Shown one piece after another: positions 1 to 9,648 of a DNA stretch of 64,000 bases. The notes under the pieces were generated by a model. That model made no database searches and was not told where the DNA came from. It worked only from the letters and a program-made list of their open reading frames with translations. Made by a program: the position numbers and the translations under genes. Location: positions 192,001 through 256,000 of the forward strand of contig JAXGZN010000001.1 of NCBI GenBank assembly GCA_040776945.1. Reading direction: 5' to 3'. Source of the DNA: Methanomassiliicoccaceae archaeon (GTDB taxonomy: Archaea; Thermoplasmatota; Thermoplasmata; Methanomassiliicoccales; Methanomassiliicoccaceae). How positions within the stretch are numbered: the first letter of the stretch is position 1; each line of letters starts with the position of its first letter.

Positions 1-728
1 TTACCGGCCTGCTCCTCGCCCACCATCATGGCGTTTAGGTCTCTGGACAGCGCCATTATGACCGCCGAGCCCAGGACCATCGGGGCGATGGAGATCAGGA
101 CCTGGTCCCATTTCGCGTTGTTGAGCCCTCCCATCATCCAGAACACTATTCCGGAGAGCTGCTCTCCGGCGAAATATAGCATTCCGGAGACCAGCGCGCT
201 GAACAGCGAACCTATGGCAATCCCAGCCAGCAGTAGCGTTTCCACCGGCACATACCCGCTGCGGCTGCGAGAGACGGCGTAGACCAAGAACAGCGTAATG
301 AAGGCGAACACAAACGCCATCGCAGGTATGGCCAGGGCTCCGCTGGTCCACGATACCCCTAGCACGATGGCCAAGGCGGCCCCGAACGCCGCTCCCGAGG
401 ATATGCCGAGCACCGAGGGCGAGGCCATTGGATTGCGGAACAGGCCCTGCATTGTCGCCCCAGCAACGGCAAGGGATGCTCCGACTATCGCTGCCAGCAA
501 GATGCGGGGAAGCCGGATATTGATGATCACCCATCTCTGGCTATCGCTTCCTCCTCCCAGAAGGACCGTCAACACCTGTTCGAACGGTATATTGAAGACC
601 CCGATGCTGAGGCAGGCGACCATGGTTATGAGAAATGCCAGCATGAGCACGGTCAATATCAAGGTCCAGCGCGCGACCTTGTTCCTCTGCATCTCGATTA
701 TGTCCTCGACTGGCATCCGGTCCTCCAT
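1..728 (-). CDS. Iron/cobalamin chelate ABC transporter permease (FecCD/BtuC family), runs off the window edge
   Basis: Manual translation from ATG 728: MEDRMPVEDI...IINIRLPRILLAAIVGASLAVAGATMQGLFRNPMASPSVLGISSGAAFG, the FecCD signature. Missing from the ORF track because there is no stop inside the window. Confidence 0.92.
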   Translation of the reverse strand, partial: MEDRMPVEDIIEMQRNKVARWTLILTVLMLAFLITMVACLSIGVFNIPFEQVLTVLLGGGSDSQRWVIINIRLPRILLAAIVGASLAVAGATMQGLFRNPMASPSVLGISSGAAFGAALAIVLGVSWTSGALAIPAMAFVFAFITLFLVYAVSRSRSGYVPVETLLLAGIAIGSLFSALVSGMLYFAGEQLSGIVFWMMGGLNNAKWDQVLISIAPMVLGSAVIMALSRDLNAMMVGEEQAG

Positions 729-795
729 CCATAATTGGCTATTTGAGCTGATAGCTAGCGGAATGTAAATAAAAAATGGAATGGGTTTGGCCGCT

Positions 796-1728
796 TTAAG
801 GGAACAGCTCGGGATGGAACCATTTTGCAAGCTGCTCCAGCGCGTCAATGACCCGTGGGCTCGTGGTGAGGGTGGTCCCGTCGATGCGATAGATCTTGTC
901 CTCGGACACTGCGGTCACAGACGGACCGAGCGTCGACCTGAGCTCGTCGTTGGTCTTGGAGCTTTGGTTCTCGATCACGATGATGTCGGGGTTCTTCTCC
1001 AGGATGCTCTCGGTGGAGGCCTTCCAGTTACCGGTGCCGTTGTTGAAGATGTTCGATCCGCCGGCCATCTCGATAAGGTCGTTGCTCATAGTGCCGTTTC
1101 CAACGGTCTGGCCTCCCTTGCTCATAAGCTCCAGGTAAACCTTGGGCCTTTCCGATGCGGGAATGTCGGCGGTCTTCTGGACCACGGCGTCGATGCGGGT
1201 TTGAATGCCTGCGACCATCTGCTGGGCCTTGGCCTTCTCGCCGATAGCCTCTCCCATGACCTCTATGGTGTGCAGGATAGTGGTCACGTTCTTAGGATAG
1301 AACGCTGCCACCGAAATGTTGGAGTTCTCCATGTTCTCGATGAAGGCCGAGTACATGTTGAAGTTCCAAATGACCACCAGGTCTGGGTCCAGGGCCATGA
1401 TCGATTCCACACCCAGGGAGCTCACTCCGCCTAGGTTGGTGATGCCGTCGCCATCGCTTAGCAGCCAAGCCGAGGAACTGTCCACCGCCACCACGCGGTC
1501 CTTGGCGCCAAGGTCGAACGCGATCTCAGTGAACGCCGAGCCGAGACTTATTATGCGCTTAGGTGCGGCGGTGAGATTTATGGTCTTCCCACGGTCGTCG
1601 GTGAAGGAAATATCGCCGGCGATGTTCTCGTTGTTCCCCCCTTTGTTCAATAACAGCATGGCTGCGGCCGCGCTGGCTATTACCAGGACTGCGATGACCG
1701 CAACAACCAATATCGCTCTTTTGTTCAT
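796..1728 (-). CDS. ABC transporter substrate-binding protein (BtuF/FepB, Peripla_BP_2 family)
   Basis: N-terminal hydrophobic anchor, TDDRG...PKRIISL, E-I-ALDPDLV and NPDIIV motifs; directly upstream of the permease. Start refined to MNKRAI (1728). Confidence 0.9.
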   Translation of the reverse strand: MNKRAILVVAVIAVLVIASAAAAMLLLNKGGNNENIAGDISFTDDRGKTINLTAAPKRIISLGSAFTEIAFDLGAKDRVVAVDSSSAWLLSDGDGITNLGGVSSLGVESIMALDPDLVVIWNFNMYSAFIENMENSNISVAAFYPKNVTTILHTIEVMGEAIGEKAKAQQMVAGIQTRIDAVVQKTADIPASERPKVYLELMSKGGQTVGNGTMSNDLIEMAGGSNIFNNGTGNWKASTESILEKNPDIIVIENQSSKTNDELRSTLGPSVTAVSEDKIYRIDGTTLTTSPRVIDALEQLAKWFHPELFP

Positions 1729-1892
1729 GTGATCCCCTTTATCGTTCGATGGGGGCATGCCGCCCCCATTGACATGCCTTTGAGGGAGGGGGAGCGAAGA
1801 ATAAAAATGTTCTGCAACCTGGCAGGGACCATGCCCGGCGTCTCGACGCGGCATGGGAAAGCTTCTTGAGCTTGTGCAACATCCTCGACAAC

Positions 1893-2252
1893 ATGCGCAG
1901 CGTCCTCCGTGGAAAGATCCACCGTGCCACGGTCACCCATGCCGACCCAGATTATGTCGGCAGCATCATTATAGACCAGGCTCTGCTGGATGACGCGGAC
2001 ATTTGGCCGGGAGAGAAGGTACTGATTTCGGACGTCAACAACGGAGCGAGGTTCGAGACCTACACGGTGTCCGGGGAGAGAGGTTCAGGCGTCATATGCG
2101 TAAACGGGGCGGCGGCCCATCTTGTCCGCCTCGGGGACAAGGTCATCATAATGGCCTTTGAGCTGACCGATCGCCCCATCGAGCCTCGGATAGTACTGGT
2201 GGATGATAACAACTGCCGGACGAGGGTCCTTCGGGCCCCTGGACCAGGATGA
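1893..2252 (+). CDS. panD: Aspartate 1-decarboxylase (pyruvoyl-dependent)
   Basis: [13 protein letters not shown] (Gly-Ser autocleavage site), [20 protein letters not shown]. Confidence 0.93.
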   Translation: MRSVLRGKIHRATVTHADPDYVGSIIIDQALLDDADIWPGEKVLISDVNNGARFETYTVSGERGSGVICVNGAAAHLVRLGDKVIIMAFELTDRPIEPRIVLVDDNNCRTRVLRAPGPG

Positions 2253-2256
2253 TCCC

Positions 2257-2694
2257 GTGAAGCTCAAGGCCTACACAGATGGCGGCTCAAGGGGCAATCC
2301 CGGACCCGCGGCCTTCGCCCTGGTCATTACCGATGAGAGCGGGAGCATAATCAAAGAGTACGGTCGGTATCTGGGAAGGATGACCAACAACGAGGCCGAG
2401 TACAACGGCGCCATCGCCGCCCTCAAAGAGGCGCTTGCTCTCGGCGCGGACGAGATAGATGTATTCAGCGATTCTGAGGTTATGGTCCGCCAGGTGAACG
2501 GCGTGTATAGATGCAAGGCGGCCAATCTTCAGCCCTTTCTTGATCAGGTACGCGAACTGAGGTCCAAGTTCAAGCGCTCGTCCTTCTTTAACGTGCCCCG
2601 GGACCACCCCATGGTCTTCCGTGCTGATCGGCTGCTCAACGAGGAGCAGGACACCATGAGGTCACTGCAGCCCCGGGGCAGGCCCAATCCGTGA
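2257..2694 (+). CDS. rnhA: Ribonuclease HI family protein
   Basis: YTDGGSRGNPGPA, TNNEAEY, SDSE and N/V..AD motifs; GTG start just after panD. Confidence 0.9.
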   Translation: MKLKAYTDGGSRGNPGPAAFALVITDESGSIIKEYGRYLGRMTNNEAEYNGAIAALKEALALGADEIDVFSDSEVMVRQVNGVYRCKAANLQPFLDQVRELRSKFKRSSFFNVPRDHPMVFRADRLLNEEQDTMRSLQPRGRPNP

Positions 2695-3128
2695 CCGTCT
2701 GCCATTTGCAAAGAGGCTTGATGAACAGCATGCCTGCTTGCATCTCTATCGTTAAGCCCTGTGGGCGACCGCCAGCAGGTCGCGATCCAGAGCAAATCGC
2801 CTTTCCTTGTAATACGTAGCATAGGTACACCCTATGATGTCCTTTCCCCTCCCTCACAGGGCCTTAACATCAGCACGATATTGAACGCCGTGCCCTTAAG
2901 CGGCCCAATAGTGTCGGAGGGGGCATGATCTTTGTCGGGAACGTTCTGGGGCCCGGCGGACCAGAGGGGCAGAGCTGGAATGAGGTACAGAAGGGAAATG
3001 AGGAGGCCATGAAGCAACATTCAGGATGCGCGTTCTGCTTAGATGCTTAGAGCTAGGCCGCAGGGCCTTTCTTGAAACGGTTCCTCGACCTCACTTCTTG
3101 CGGGGGAACCGTGAGGCTATTACATAAC

Positions 3129-3136
3129 TTTATATA
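3129..3136 (+). promoter_or_regulatory. Archaeal TATA box (TTTATATA) with no downstream CDS
   Basis: Consensus TATA about 25 nt upstream of a long stem-loop starting near 3160. Confidence 0.6.
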
Positions 3137-3158
3137 GAAGTGTATTATAGGCAATATT

Positions 3159-3241
3159 AGTGCCTGGGGTCGGTGCCTCTACTCTCCTCCTATCAAGAGC
3201 TTTTTCCTCCGAATCCCCACCAAGCACCGGCCTCGGGCATT
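3159..3241 (+). ncRNA. Candidate small RNA: 16-19 bp closing stem enclosing CU-rich loops with CCUCC motifs
   Basis: 3161-3176 pairs fully with 3224-3239, including three G-U pairs that work only on the + strand; TATA box at the right spacing. Confidence 0.55.
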
Positions 3242-4493
3242 ACTGATCGCATCTTATCTCTGGGACGAGGTTCTCGATCGCCACCAGCCTCTGCTCGCCA
3301 GAGGCCATGTCCCTTATTGCCACTGAGCCTTGGGCCAGTTCTTTCTCCCCTACGATCACTGCCCGCTGGGCATTGATGGAAGCAGCATATTTGAAGTTCT
3401 TAGAGATGCTGCGACCCATCAGGTCAACCTCGGCGGATATGCCTTCCTGGCGCAGCCTGGCCGTGATCTTGAAGGCCTCGTCCTTCATCTTTTCGCTGAC
3501 AGGGATCACGTAAGCGTCGATATGGTATGGTGGCGCCTCATATCCTTCCCGTTCGAGCGCGAGAAGGGTCCTGTCGAAGCCTATTCCAAAACCGGTGGAG
3601 AAGGTTCTCTCCCCACCGAACAGCTCGGTGAGCGAGTAGGAACCGCCGCCGCATATCTGTTTCTCCGCTCCCAGCACAGGGGCGTCCATCTCAAACACCA
3701 AGCCCGTGTAGTAGTCGAGGCCGCGAACGACGCCCAGGTCCACCTCCACATTGGTAAAGCCGTAATCGGACAGTATGCGGAAAACAGCTGCAAGGTGGTC
3801 CTTGGCCTCTCCGCTGATCTTGTCCAAGGCCTCGACCGGACCGCGGGTCTTCGTGATCTCGATGATCCTCTCGACCTCCCCGGAGGAAATCCCGGCCTCT
3901 GCCATCCTGGCTTTAGCCTCTTCGTACTCTTTCTTGTCAAGCTTCTGCAGGATGGGGGGCGCCTGATCGGCGTCGATCCCGGCCTGGGCGAGCGCTCCGC
4001 GGAGGACGCCTATGTGACCGATCCGGATGCTGTACTGCCTGAGGCCGACCCGCCTCATGATCGAGGCCGCGAGAGCGATGACCTCAGCGTCCGATTCAGG
4101 ACCGGGGTTCCCTATCAGCTCTGCCCCGAACTGGTAGAACTCGCGAAAGCGGCCGGACTGCGGTCGCTCATAGCGGAAGCACTGGCCAAAATAGAACATC
4201 TTCAACGGACGTGGACAGTTGGTGAGCTCGTTGACAAAGAACCTCATTGCCGGAGCGGTCAGCTCGGGCCGGAGCGAGATCTCCCTGCCGCCCTTGTCCT
4301 GGAAGGCGTAGATCTCTTCTACCACGTTCGGGCCGGACTTGATGGTGAAGAGCTCGGTATGTTCGAAGATGGGCGTGGAGATCTCACGGAAGCCGAACAG
4401 CGCGGCCTCCCGGCGCATCATGCTCTCCAGACATCTCCTTTTTTCCATCTCCTGTGGGCCGAAGTCTCGGGTTCCCCGTGGCCTTTGGATCAT
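3240..4493 (-). CDS. hisS: Histidyl-tRNA synthetase
   Basis: RPRGTRDF, LRPELTA, FRYERPQSGRFREFYQFG, RGLDYYTG and GGGSY motifs. Confidence 0.97.
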   Translation of the reverse strand: MIQRPRGTRDFGPQEMEKRRCLESMMRREAALFGFREISTPIFEHTELFTIKSGPNVVEEIYAFQDKGGREISLRPELTAPAMRFFVNELTNCPRPLKMFYFGQCFRYERPQSGRFREFYQFGAELIGNPGPESDAEVIALAASIMRRVGLRQYSIRIGHIGVLRGALAQAGIDADQAPPILQKLDKKEYEEAKARMAEAGISSGEVERIIEITKTRGPVEALDKISGEAKDHLAAVFRILSDYGFTNVEVDLGVVRGLDYYTGLVFEMDAPVLGAEKQICGGGSYSLTELFGGERTFSTGFGIGFDRTLLALEREGYEAPPYHIDAYVIPVSEKMKDEAFKITARLRQEGISAEVDLMGRSISKNFKYAASINAQRAVIVGEKELAQGSVAIRDMASGEQRLVAIENLVPEIRCDQ

Positions 4494-4594
4494 CGCGGTC
4501 AAGATGGGGCGGCGTTATAAAATCATTTCTTATCCTGCCCCTGGCCATTGAGCGGAAATGCTTTAGCCCGAACTTCCGATACGGTCAGGATAGC

Positions 4595-5221
4595 ATGGGT
4601 GAAGCGGCATCGGGCGGAGGAAGGGCCGTTGAGGAGCGGGGCAATGGAAGGCTCGTCACGTCCCGCCCCCCTGAGCTCAAGGTGGTAATGGTGGCGGAAA
4701 GCCCATCGTCGGGGCTGATGACCATATTCGAGGCATGCAGTACCTTTGATGATGAGTCGGCCCGCCGCATGATCTTCGCCGCGGGCGAGCCTGGCCGGCT
4801 CCTGGTCCGGGTGCAGCACTTCCTTAGAGAGATGCAGGACGCTCATTATGAGGAGAAGATGAGACAGTTGTTCAAGCTGTTCCGGTTCGGCCATCTGATA
4901 TATCTGAACCCTTGTGCAGGAGAGGAGCGCATGACCTCTCGAACGCAGGACGCTGCCCGTAGGGAGATGGACGATGTCCTTAGCCAGGGGGTCCGGGCGG
5001 TCGTGGCCTTCGGAGACCTGGCCAAGAACTGGGTCCGCACGAACTTTCCACCCGAAGGCCTTGTGGTCGTCTTCCTGCCCCAGCCGTCCAATCACATCTC
5101 AAGCTGGTTTCCCTCCTTTCTGGAGAGGACCGCCAGGGAACGCGGGAGCGACGCCCTGGCCGTCCGTGACGCCATGGCGGTGCAGATCGATAAGCTGGTC
5201 CGTCTGTGCTCTGAACTATGA
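4595..5221 (+). CDS. Divergent uracil-DNA glycosylase superfamily-like protein
   Basis: KVVMVAESP (motif A-like), VVAFGDLA and LPQPS (HPS-like motif B with H>Q). Confidence 0.5.
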   Translation: MGEAASGGGRAVEERGNGRLVTSRPPELKVVMVAESPSSGLMTIFEACSTFDDESARRMIFAAGEPGRLLVRVQHFLREMQDAHYEEKMRQLFKLFRFGHLIYLNPCAGEERMTSRTQDAARREMDDVLSQGVRAVVAFGDLAKNWVRTNFPPEGLVVVFLPQPSNHISSWFPSFLERTARERGSDALAVRDAMAVQIDKLVRLCSEL

Positions 5222-6406
5222 GCACGCGGACCGCAGCGCCTGGTCGAGATCATCCTTCAGGTCCTCGGCGTCCTCGATCCCTACAGACAAGCGGATGAGC
5301 GAGTCCTTGATCCCTAACCTCGCCCGCTCCTCCGGCGGCAACGAGGAATGGGAGGTGTTGAGAGGCATGCTCGCCAGGCTCTCCACCCCTCCCAAGCTGG
5401 TAGCCATCTTGATCAGCTCCATCGACCTGATGGTCCGCTCTGCCGCCATCCTGCCGCCCCTGACCTCAAAGCTCATCATGCCCCCAAAACCGCTCATAAG
5501 CCGCCTCGCCAGCGAATGCTGGGGATGGCTCTCCAGACCAGGATAGTGGACCCTGTCGACCAGGGGATGGTCCTCAAGGAACTCGGCGATGGCCGCTGCG
5601 TTCTCGTTGTGGCGCCCCACCCTCAACGCCAGGGTCTTCATGCCCCTCTCCAACAGGAACGCCACCAGAGGGTCCGCGGAGCCGCCGAGCACGGTGCGCT
5701 TTTCCATCATCGGACCAAGGTCCAGGTCCCTGGTGGCGACCGAACCGGCCAAGAGGTCGGAGTGCCCCCCTAGGTACTTGGTCCCGCTCTCCAGGACCAG
5801 GTCGGCCCCGCTTTCCAGCGGCCTCTGGTTGATGGGGGTGGCGAAGGTGTTGTCCATGAACACAAGTGCACCCCTCTCATGGGCGGCCCGGATCACTTGA
5901 GGATAATCGACCAATTTCAACAGTGGGTTGGTCGGCGACTCCAACCATACCACCTTGGTCTGCGGGGCCATGGCATCGATCAAGGCCTCGGCATCGGCGG
6001 TAGGCGCGAACCTCACGTCGATGTCCAGCGGGGTCAGGTGATGACGGAGGAGGTTGTACGAGCCCCCATAGATGTCCTCCTGAGAGACCACCCGGTCGCC
6101 CGGCCTCAGGAAGGTGAGGAGTGCGGTCGATATCGCGGCCATCCCCGATGCGAAGAGCAGGCACCTCCTTCCTGACTCCAGTTCTGCGATCTTGCGCTCC
6201 GCCGCGACCACCGTGGGGTTGCCATGCCTGGTATAGATATAGGTCCCGTCCGGGACCTCGCCGTTCCAGGTGCGCCGGTCCGATGTCGGGAAAAAGAACG
6301 TGGACGATTGATATATCGGCGTATTGACCGCTCCGATCTCCCTGTCGATGTGCTCGCCCGAGTGCACGGATATCGTGGACAACCCTTTCTGACCGTTCAT
6401 TTGCAT
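5216..6406 (-). CDS. Cys/Met metabolism PLP enzyme (cystathionine gamma-synthase / methionine gamma-lyase family)
   Basis: YTRHGNPT, FASGMAA, ESPTNP, DNTFATP, SGTKYLGGHSD and SLGGVESL motifs. Confidence 0.93.
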   Translation of the reverse strand: MQMNGQKGLSTISVHSGEHIDREIGAVNTPIYQSSTFFFPTSDRRTWNGEVPDGTYIYTRHGNPTVVAAERKIAELESGRRCLLFASGMAAISTALLTFLRPGDRVVSQEDIYGGSYNLLRHHLTPLDIDVRFAPTADAEALIDAMAPQTKVVWLESPTNPLLKLVDYPQVIRAAHERGALVFMDNTFATPINQRPLESGADLVLESGTKYLGGHSDLLAGSVATRDLDLGPMMEKRTVLGGSADPLVAFLLERGMKTLALRVGRHNENAAAIAEFLEDHPLVDRVHYPGLESHPQHSLARRLMSGFGGMMSFEVRGGRMAAERTIRSMELIKMATSLGGVESLASMPLNTSHSSLPPEERARLGIKDSLIRLSVGIEDAEDLKDDLDQALRSACS

Positions 6407-6443
6407 CGTGTCAAGATATCATCTCGGCCAAGATAGAGATGTA

Positions 6444-7559
6444 CTATTCTCCGCCGCGCTTGACCACGATGGTGACGATGTCCCCGTTCATGAGAAGATG
6501 GTCGGCACCCACGGTCTGCCCGGGGAATTTGGCCGACTCGCCCCACACCGTGGCATAACGAAAGTTCTTCCGGAAGGACCGATGGATGCGGTCGCATAGG
6601 TCGCCGACCGTCGATCCGTTCATGATGACCATCGGTTCGTCCATGTCCGCTTCCTGGCCTTGAGGTTTGAGGAACACGTGGATGAACTCCAGCTTCCTGA
6701 AGATCTCCTCCTTCAGCTCGTCGAGGCCGATGTCCTTGTTGGCCGCCACGTACACCGGGCACCAGGGCTCCATCTTCGCCTTGACCTTGTTCAGGTGCTC
6801 TTCGTCGACCAGATCGATCTTGTTGACCACTACGGCCGATCTGAGATAGACGCGGTTGCCGGTGAGCACGTCGATGAGCTGTTCCTCGTCCACGTCCTCT
6901 CGGATAATGACCTCCGCGTTGATGTGACCGTAGGCCCCGACCATGTCCGCGGCCATCTCCGGGGTGATCTTCGTGAGCGGCACGGTCGGCTTGACCTCTA
7001 TGCCTCCTCGGTCGGTCTTGGTTATGACCACGTTCGGCGGCCTGGCGTTCAGCCTGATGCCGGTGTTGTACAGCTCGTTGACCAGGACATCGATGTTGGT
7101 GTCATAGACATCGATCACGAATAGAATGAGGTCGGAGGTGCGGACGACGGCGAGTACCTCCCTTCCCCGCCCTTTGCCCCGGGAGGCATCGCGGATTAGG
7201 CCGGGCATATCCAGGATCTGTATCTTGGCATATTTGTGATACATGATGCCCGGGATCACGTCCAGAGTGGTGAAGGCGTACGCGGCGACCTCGCTCTTGG
7301 CCCCCGTGAGCTTGTTAAGGAGCGTGGACTTGCCGACGCTCGGAAAACCGACCAGCGCGACCGTGGCATTGCCTGACTTCTTCACCGAGTAGCCTTGCCC
7401 TCCGCCCCCCGACGCGGCCCGGCGCTTCTCCTGCTCCATCCTGAGCCGGGCGATCTTGGCCTTCAGAAGACCTATGTGGCTCTCGGTCTTCTTGTTCTTC
7501 TGCGTCTTGAGGATCTCGTCCTCGATCGCTTTGATCTGCTCATCTATGGTAAGGGCCAC
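6444..7559 (-). CDS. Developmentally regulated GTP-binding protein (DRG/OBG family, TGS domain)
   Basis: GFPSVGKS, YAFTTL, DMPGLI, NKID motifs and a C-terminal TGS domain. GTG start at 7559 is inferred. Confidence 0.93.
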   Translation of the reverse strand: MALTIDEQIKAIEDEILKTQKNKKTESHIGLLKAKIARLRMEQEKRRAASGGGGQGYSVKKSGNATVALVGFPSVGKSTLLNKLTGAKSEVAAYAFTTLDVIPGIMYHKYAKIQILDMPGLIRDASRGKGRGREVLAVVRTSDLILFVIDVYDTNIDVLVNELYNTGIRLNARPPNVVITKTDRGGIEVKPTVPLTKITPEMAADMVGAYGHINAEVIIREDVDEEQLIDVLTGNRVYLRSAVVVNKIDLVDEEHLNKVKAKMEPWCPVYVAANKDIGLDELKEEIFRKLEFIHVFLKPQGQEADMDEPMVIMNGSTVGDLCDRIHRSFRKNFRYATVWGESAKFPGQTVGADHLLMNGDIVTIVVKRGGE

Positions 7560-7563
7560 GCGT

Positions 7564-8508
7564 TCACCGGTCGACGATTTGGGTTCCCGCCTTACTTGAC
7601 AATGCCGTATGTAAAAGTTCCGGTCTGGTGATGATGGCCTTGCGGCCCCCGGCACGAACAAAGGCTATGGCCGCCTCTACCTTAGGACCCATGGAGCCAG
7701 CATAGAAATGCCCCTCTCTTAGATAGCGCTCTGCCTCGTCAGCGGTGATCTCGCCCAGCAGCCTCTCCCTAGGAGAACCATGCTCCAGATATACGCCGTC
7801 CACATCCGTAAGCATGATCAGAAGGTCGACCTTCATGCCCTTGGCCAGACAGGCCGAGGCTAGGTCTTTGTCCACCACCGCCTCCACTCCCACGAGACGA
7901 CCATCCTGCCTCACCACCGGTATGCCTCCTCCGCCGGCGGCGATGACCAGGTCTCTGCCGCTGCATATGAGCCTGGAGATCGGCGCTGCCTCGACTATCT
8001 CCACTGGTCGGGGCGATGGCACGACGCGGCACCATCCGCCCCTGGCGCGGTCCTCCCTCATCACGCATCCGGTGGACAGCTCCATCTGCTCGGCCTCAGC
8101 GGCAGTATAGTAAGGCCCTATCGGCTTGGAGGGGCGGGAGAAGGCCTCATCGCCCGGATCTACGATCACGCGGGTCAACATGCATAGGACCGTCCGCTGG
8201 CAGCGGATCGTCTCTAGCTCTTCTGTGAGCGCTTGCTGGAACAGGTAGCCGATCATTCCCTGAGACTGGGCCACGCATACGTCCAATGGCATCGGTGGGA
8301 CCTCATACTTGGCCGCCTCGTTCTGAAGAAGGATGTCGCCCACCTGTGGACCGTTGCCATGGCTCAGGCTGATATTGTAACCGCCAGAGACCATGGCGGC
8401 TATGTGCTTGCTTATGCTCCTAAGGTTCTGCAACTGGTTATCCATCGTCGGCAGCTGCCCTCTTTTTAGGATGGCATTGCCGCCGACCGCCACGACCGCG
8501 GTCGTCAT
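7564..8508 (-). CDS. arcC: Carbamate kinase (copy 1)
   Basis: AVGGNA, HGNGPQVG, PSKPIGP, GGGGIPV, EAVVDKD and GSMGPK motifs. Confidence 0.93.
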   Translation of the reverse strand: MTTAVVAVGGNAILKRGQLPTMDNQLQNLRSISKHIAAMVSGGYNISLSHGNGPQVGDILLQNEAAKYEVPPMPLDVCVAQSQGMIGYLFQQALTEELETIRCQRTVLCMLTRVIVDPGDEAFSRPSKPIGPYYTAAEAEQMELSTGCVMREDRARGGWCRVVPSPRPVEIVEAAPISRLICSGRDLVIAAGGGGIPVVRQDGRLVGVEAVVDKDLASACLAKGMKVDLLIMLTDVDGVYLEHGSPRERLLGEITADEAERYLREGHFYAGSMGPKVEAAIAFVRAGGRKAIITRPELLHTALSSKAGTQIVDR

Positions 8509-8598
8509 ATCCGTCCACGTTGCTACCTTCCCATCCATTGAAAAAGGTTGCCCAGTCCAAGCATAGATTTTAAACCCATATGGGCATGCCTTAGGCCG

Positions 8599-9588
8599 AT
8601 GTCAGTGTTGGACGACCTCAAGGGTCGGTTTCTCAAGTTCCGCTCCAACAGATACGCGATCTATGTCGGCCTGGTCCTGACCTTTTTCGTGTGCACGCTG
8701 CTGCTCCTCTACTCATCCTACCTGATATGCTTCGGCCTCCTCCTGGTGGCCCTGGCCGGCTATTACATTCCGGTCCTGTTCGGGATGCGGTCCAGAAAGA
8801 AGCTGGCCGCATGGGGCCTTATCTTGGTCGTGCTCCTGTCCGTCCCTTATACGATGGCCACGATAGAACAGCAGAAGAGCGCTGAGAACATCAGGATCGG
8901 CACTGCCGATGGCTCCATGGTCAATGGCACGGTGACCCCTTTCTATGGCAACGCGTCGACGGTCCACGTGTTCAGCATCGAGGTGACCAACAGCTCGTAC
9001 ACCGACGTGCGCGTCCTGGTGTATGACATTCGCACTTACTCGATGGACGTGAACGCGACCATGGAGCCATCGCAGAACGGAACGCTATTTACCTACAGCA
9101 CCATGCTGAAGAACCAGACCAATTACGGATACCGGTTCGAGGCAAACACCAGTGAAGGGATGAAGGCCACGAGGACAGACAACTTCGGTCCGATGCACAT
9201 GAACGATGCAGAGATGTACGGGTACTTGTTCCCCTTGATACTGGTGGTGGTGCTCATCGAGGTGGGGGTCCTTTACTTCCTCCTCCTGATAATGGGCTTC
9301 TGGATGGAGCGTACCAAAGTAAAAGTGGCCGAGGCTCAGAAACAGCGGCCTAATGTTACCCTGCCGCCAGGTAAGGGCGGGAAAGAGGAAAGGTTCGTAT
9401 GCTCCGAGTGCGGGGCCGAGGTGTCGGACAGCGCCGATCGGTGCCCTCAGTGCGGGGAAAGGTTCGACGAGCCAAAGGACGAGACGAAGCGTCCGAAGAA
9501 GGACGAGTTCGTCTGCACCGAGTGCGGCGCGACCGTGGACGAGAACGCCTTGACGTGCTGGAACTGCGGGAAGGAGTTCGAGAACTGA
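8599..9588 (+). CDS. Membrane protein with extracellular domain and C-terminal double zinc ribbon
   Basis: Three N-terminal TM segments plus one C-terminal TM; CSECG..CPQCG and CTECG..CWNCG. Confidence 0.8.
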   Translation: MSVLDDLKGRFLKFRSNRYAIYVGLVLTFFVCTLLLLYSSYLICFGLLLVALAGYYIPVLFGMRSRKKLAAWGLILVVLLSVPYTMATIEQQKSAENIRIGTADGSMVNGTVTPFYGNASTVHVFSIEVTNSSYTDVRVLVYDIRTYSMDVNATMEPSQNGTLFTYSTMLKNQTNYGYRFEANTSEGMKATRTDNFGPMHMNDAEMYGYLFPLILVVVLIEVGVLYFLLLIMGFWMERTKVKVAEAQKQRPNVTLPPGKGGKEERFVCSECGAEVSDSADRCPQCGERFDEPKDETKRPKKDEFVCTECGATVDENALTCWNCGKEFEN

Positions 9589-9648
9589 TGCCGTTGTCGG
9601 CACCCCGCGGTGAAACCTTATAAAACCCCTTAACTTTGAGGTTACGGG

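Noticed and set aside
1730-1890. Cobalamin riboswitch upstream of the BtuF/BtuC-like genes
   Set aside because: No B12-box or GGGAA...GCCACTG core seen; the region is short and shared with the divergent panD promoter.
2700-3050. Short minus-strand ORFs after rnhA
   Set aside because: No recognisable motif or consistent coding signal.
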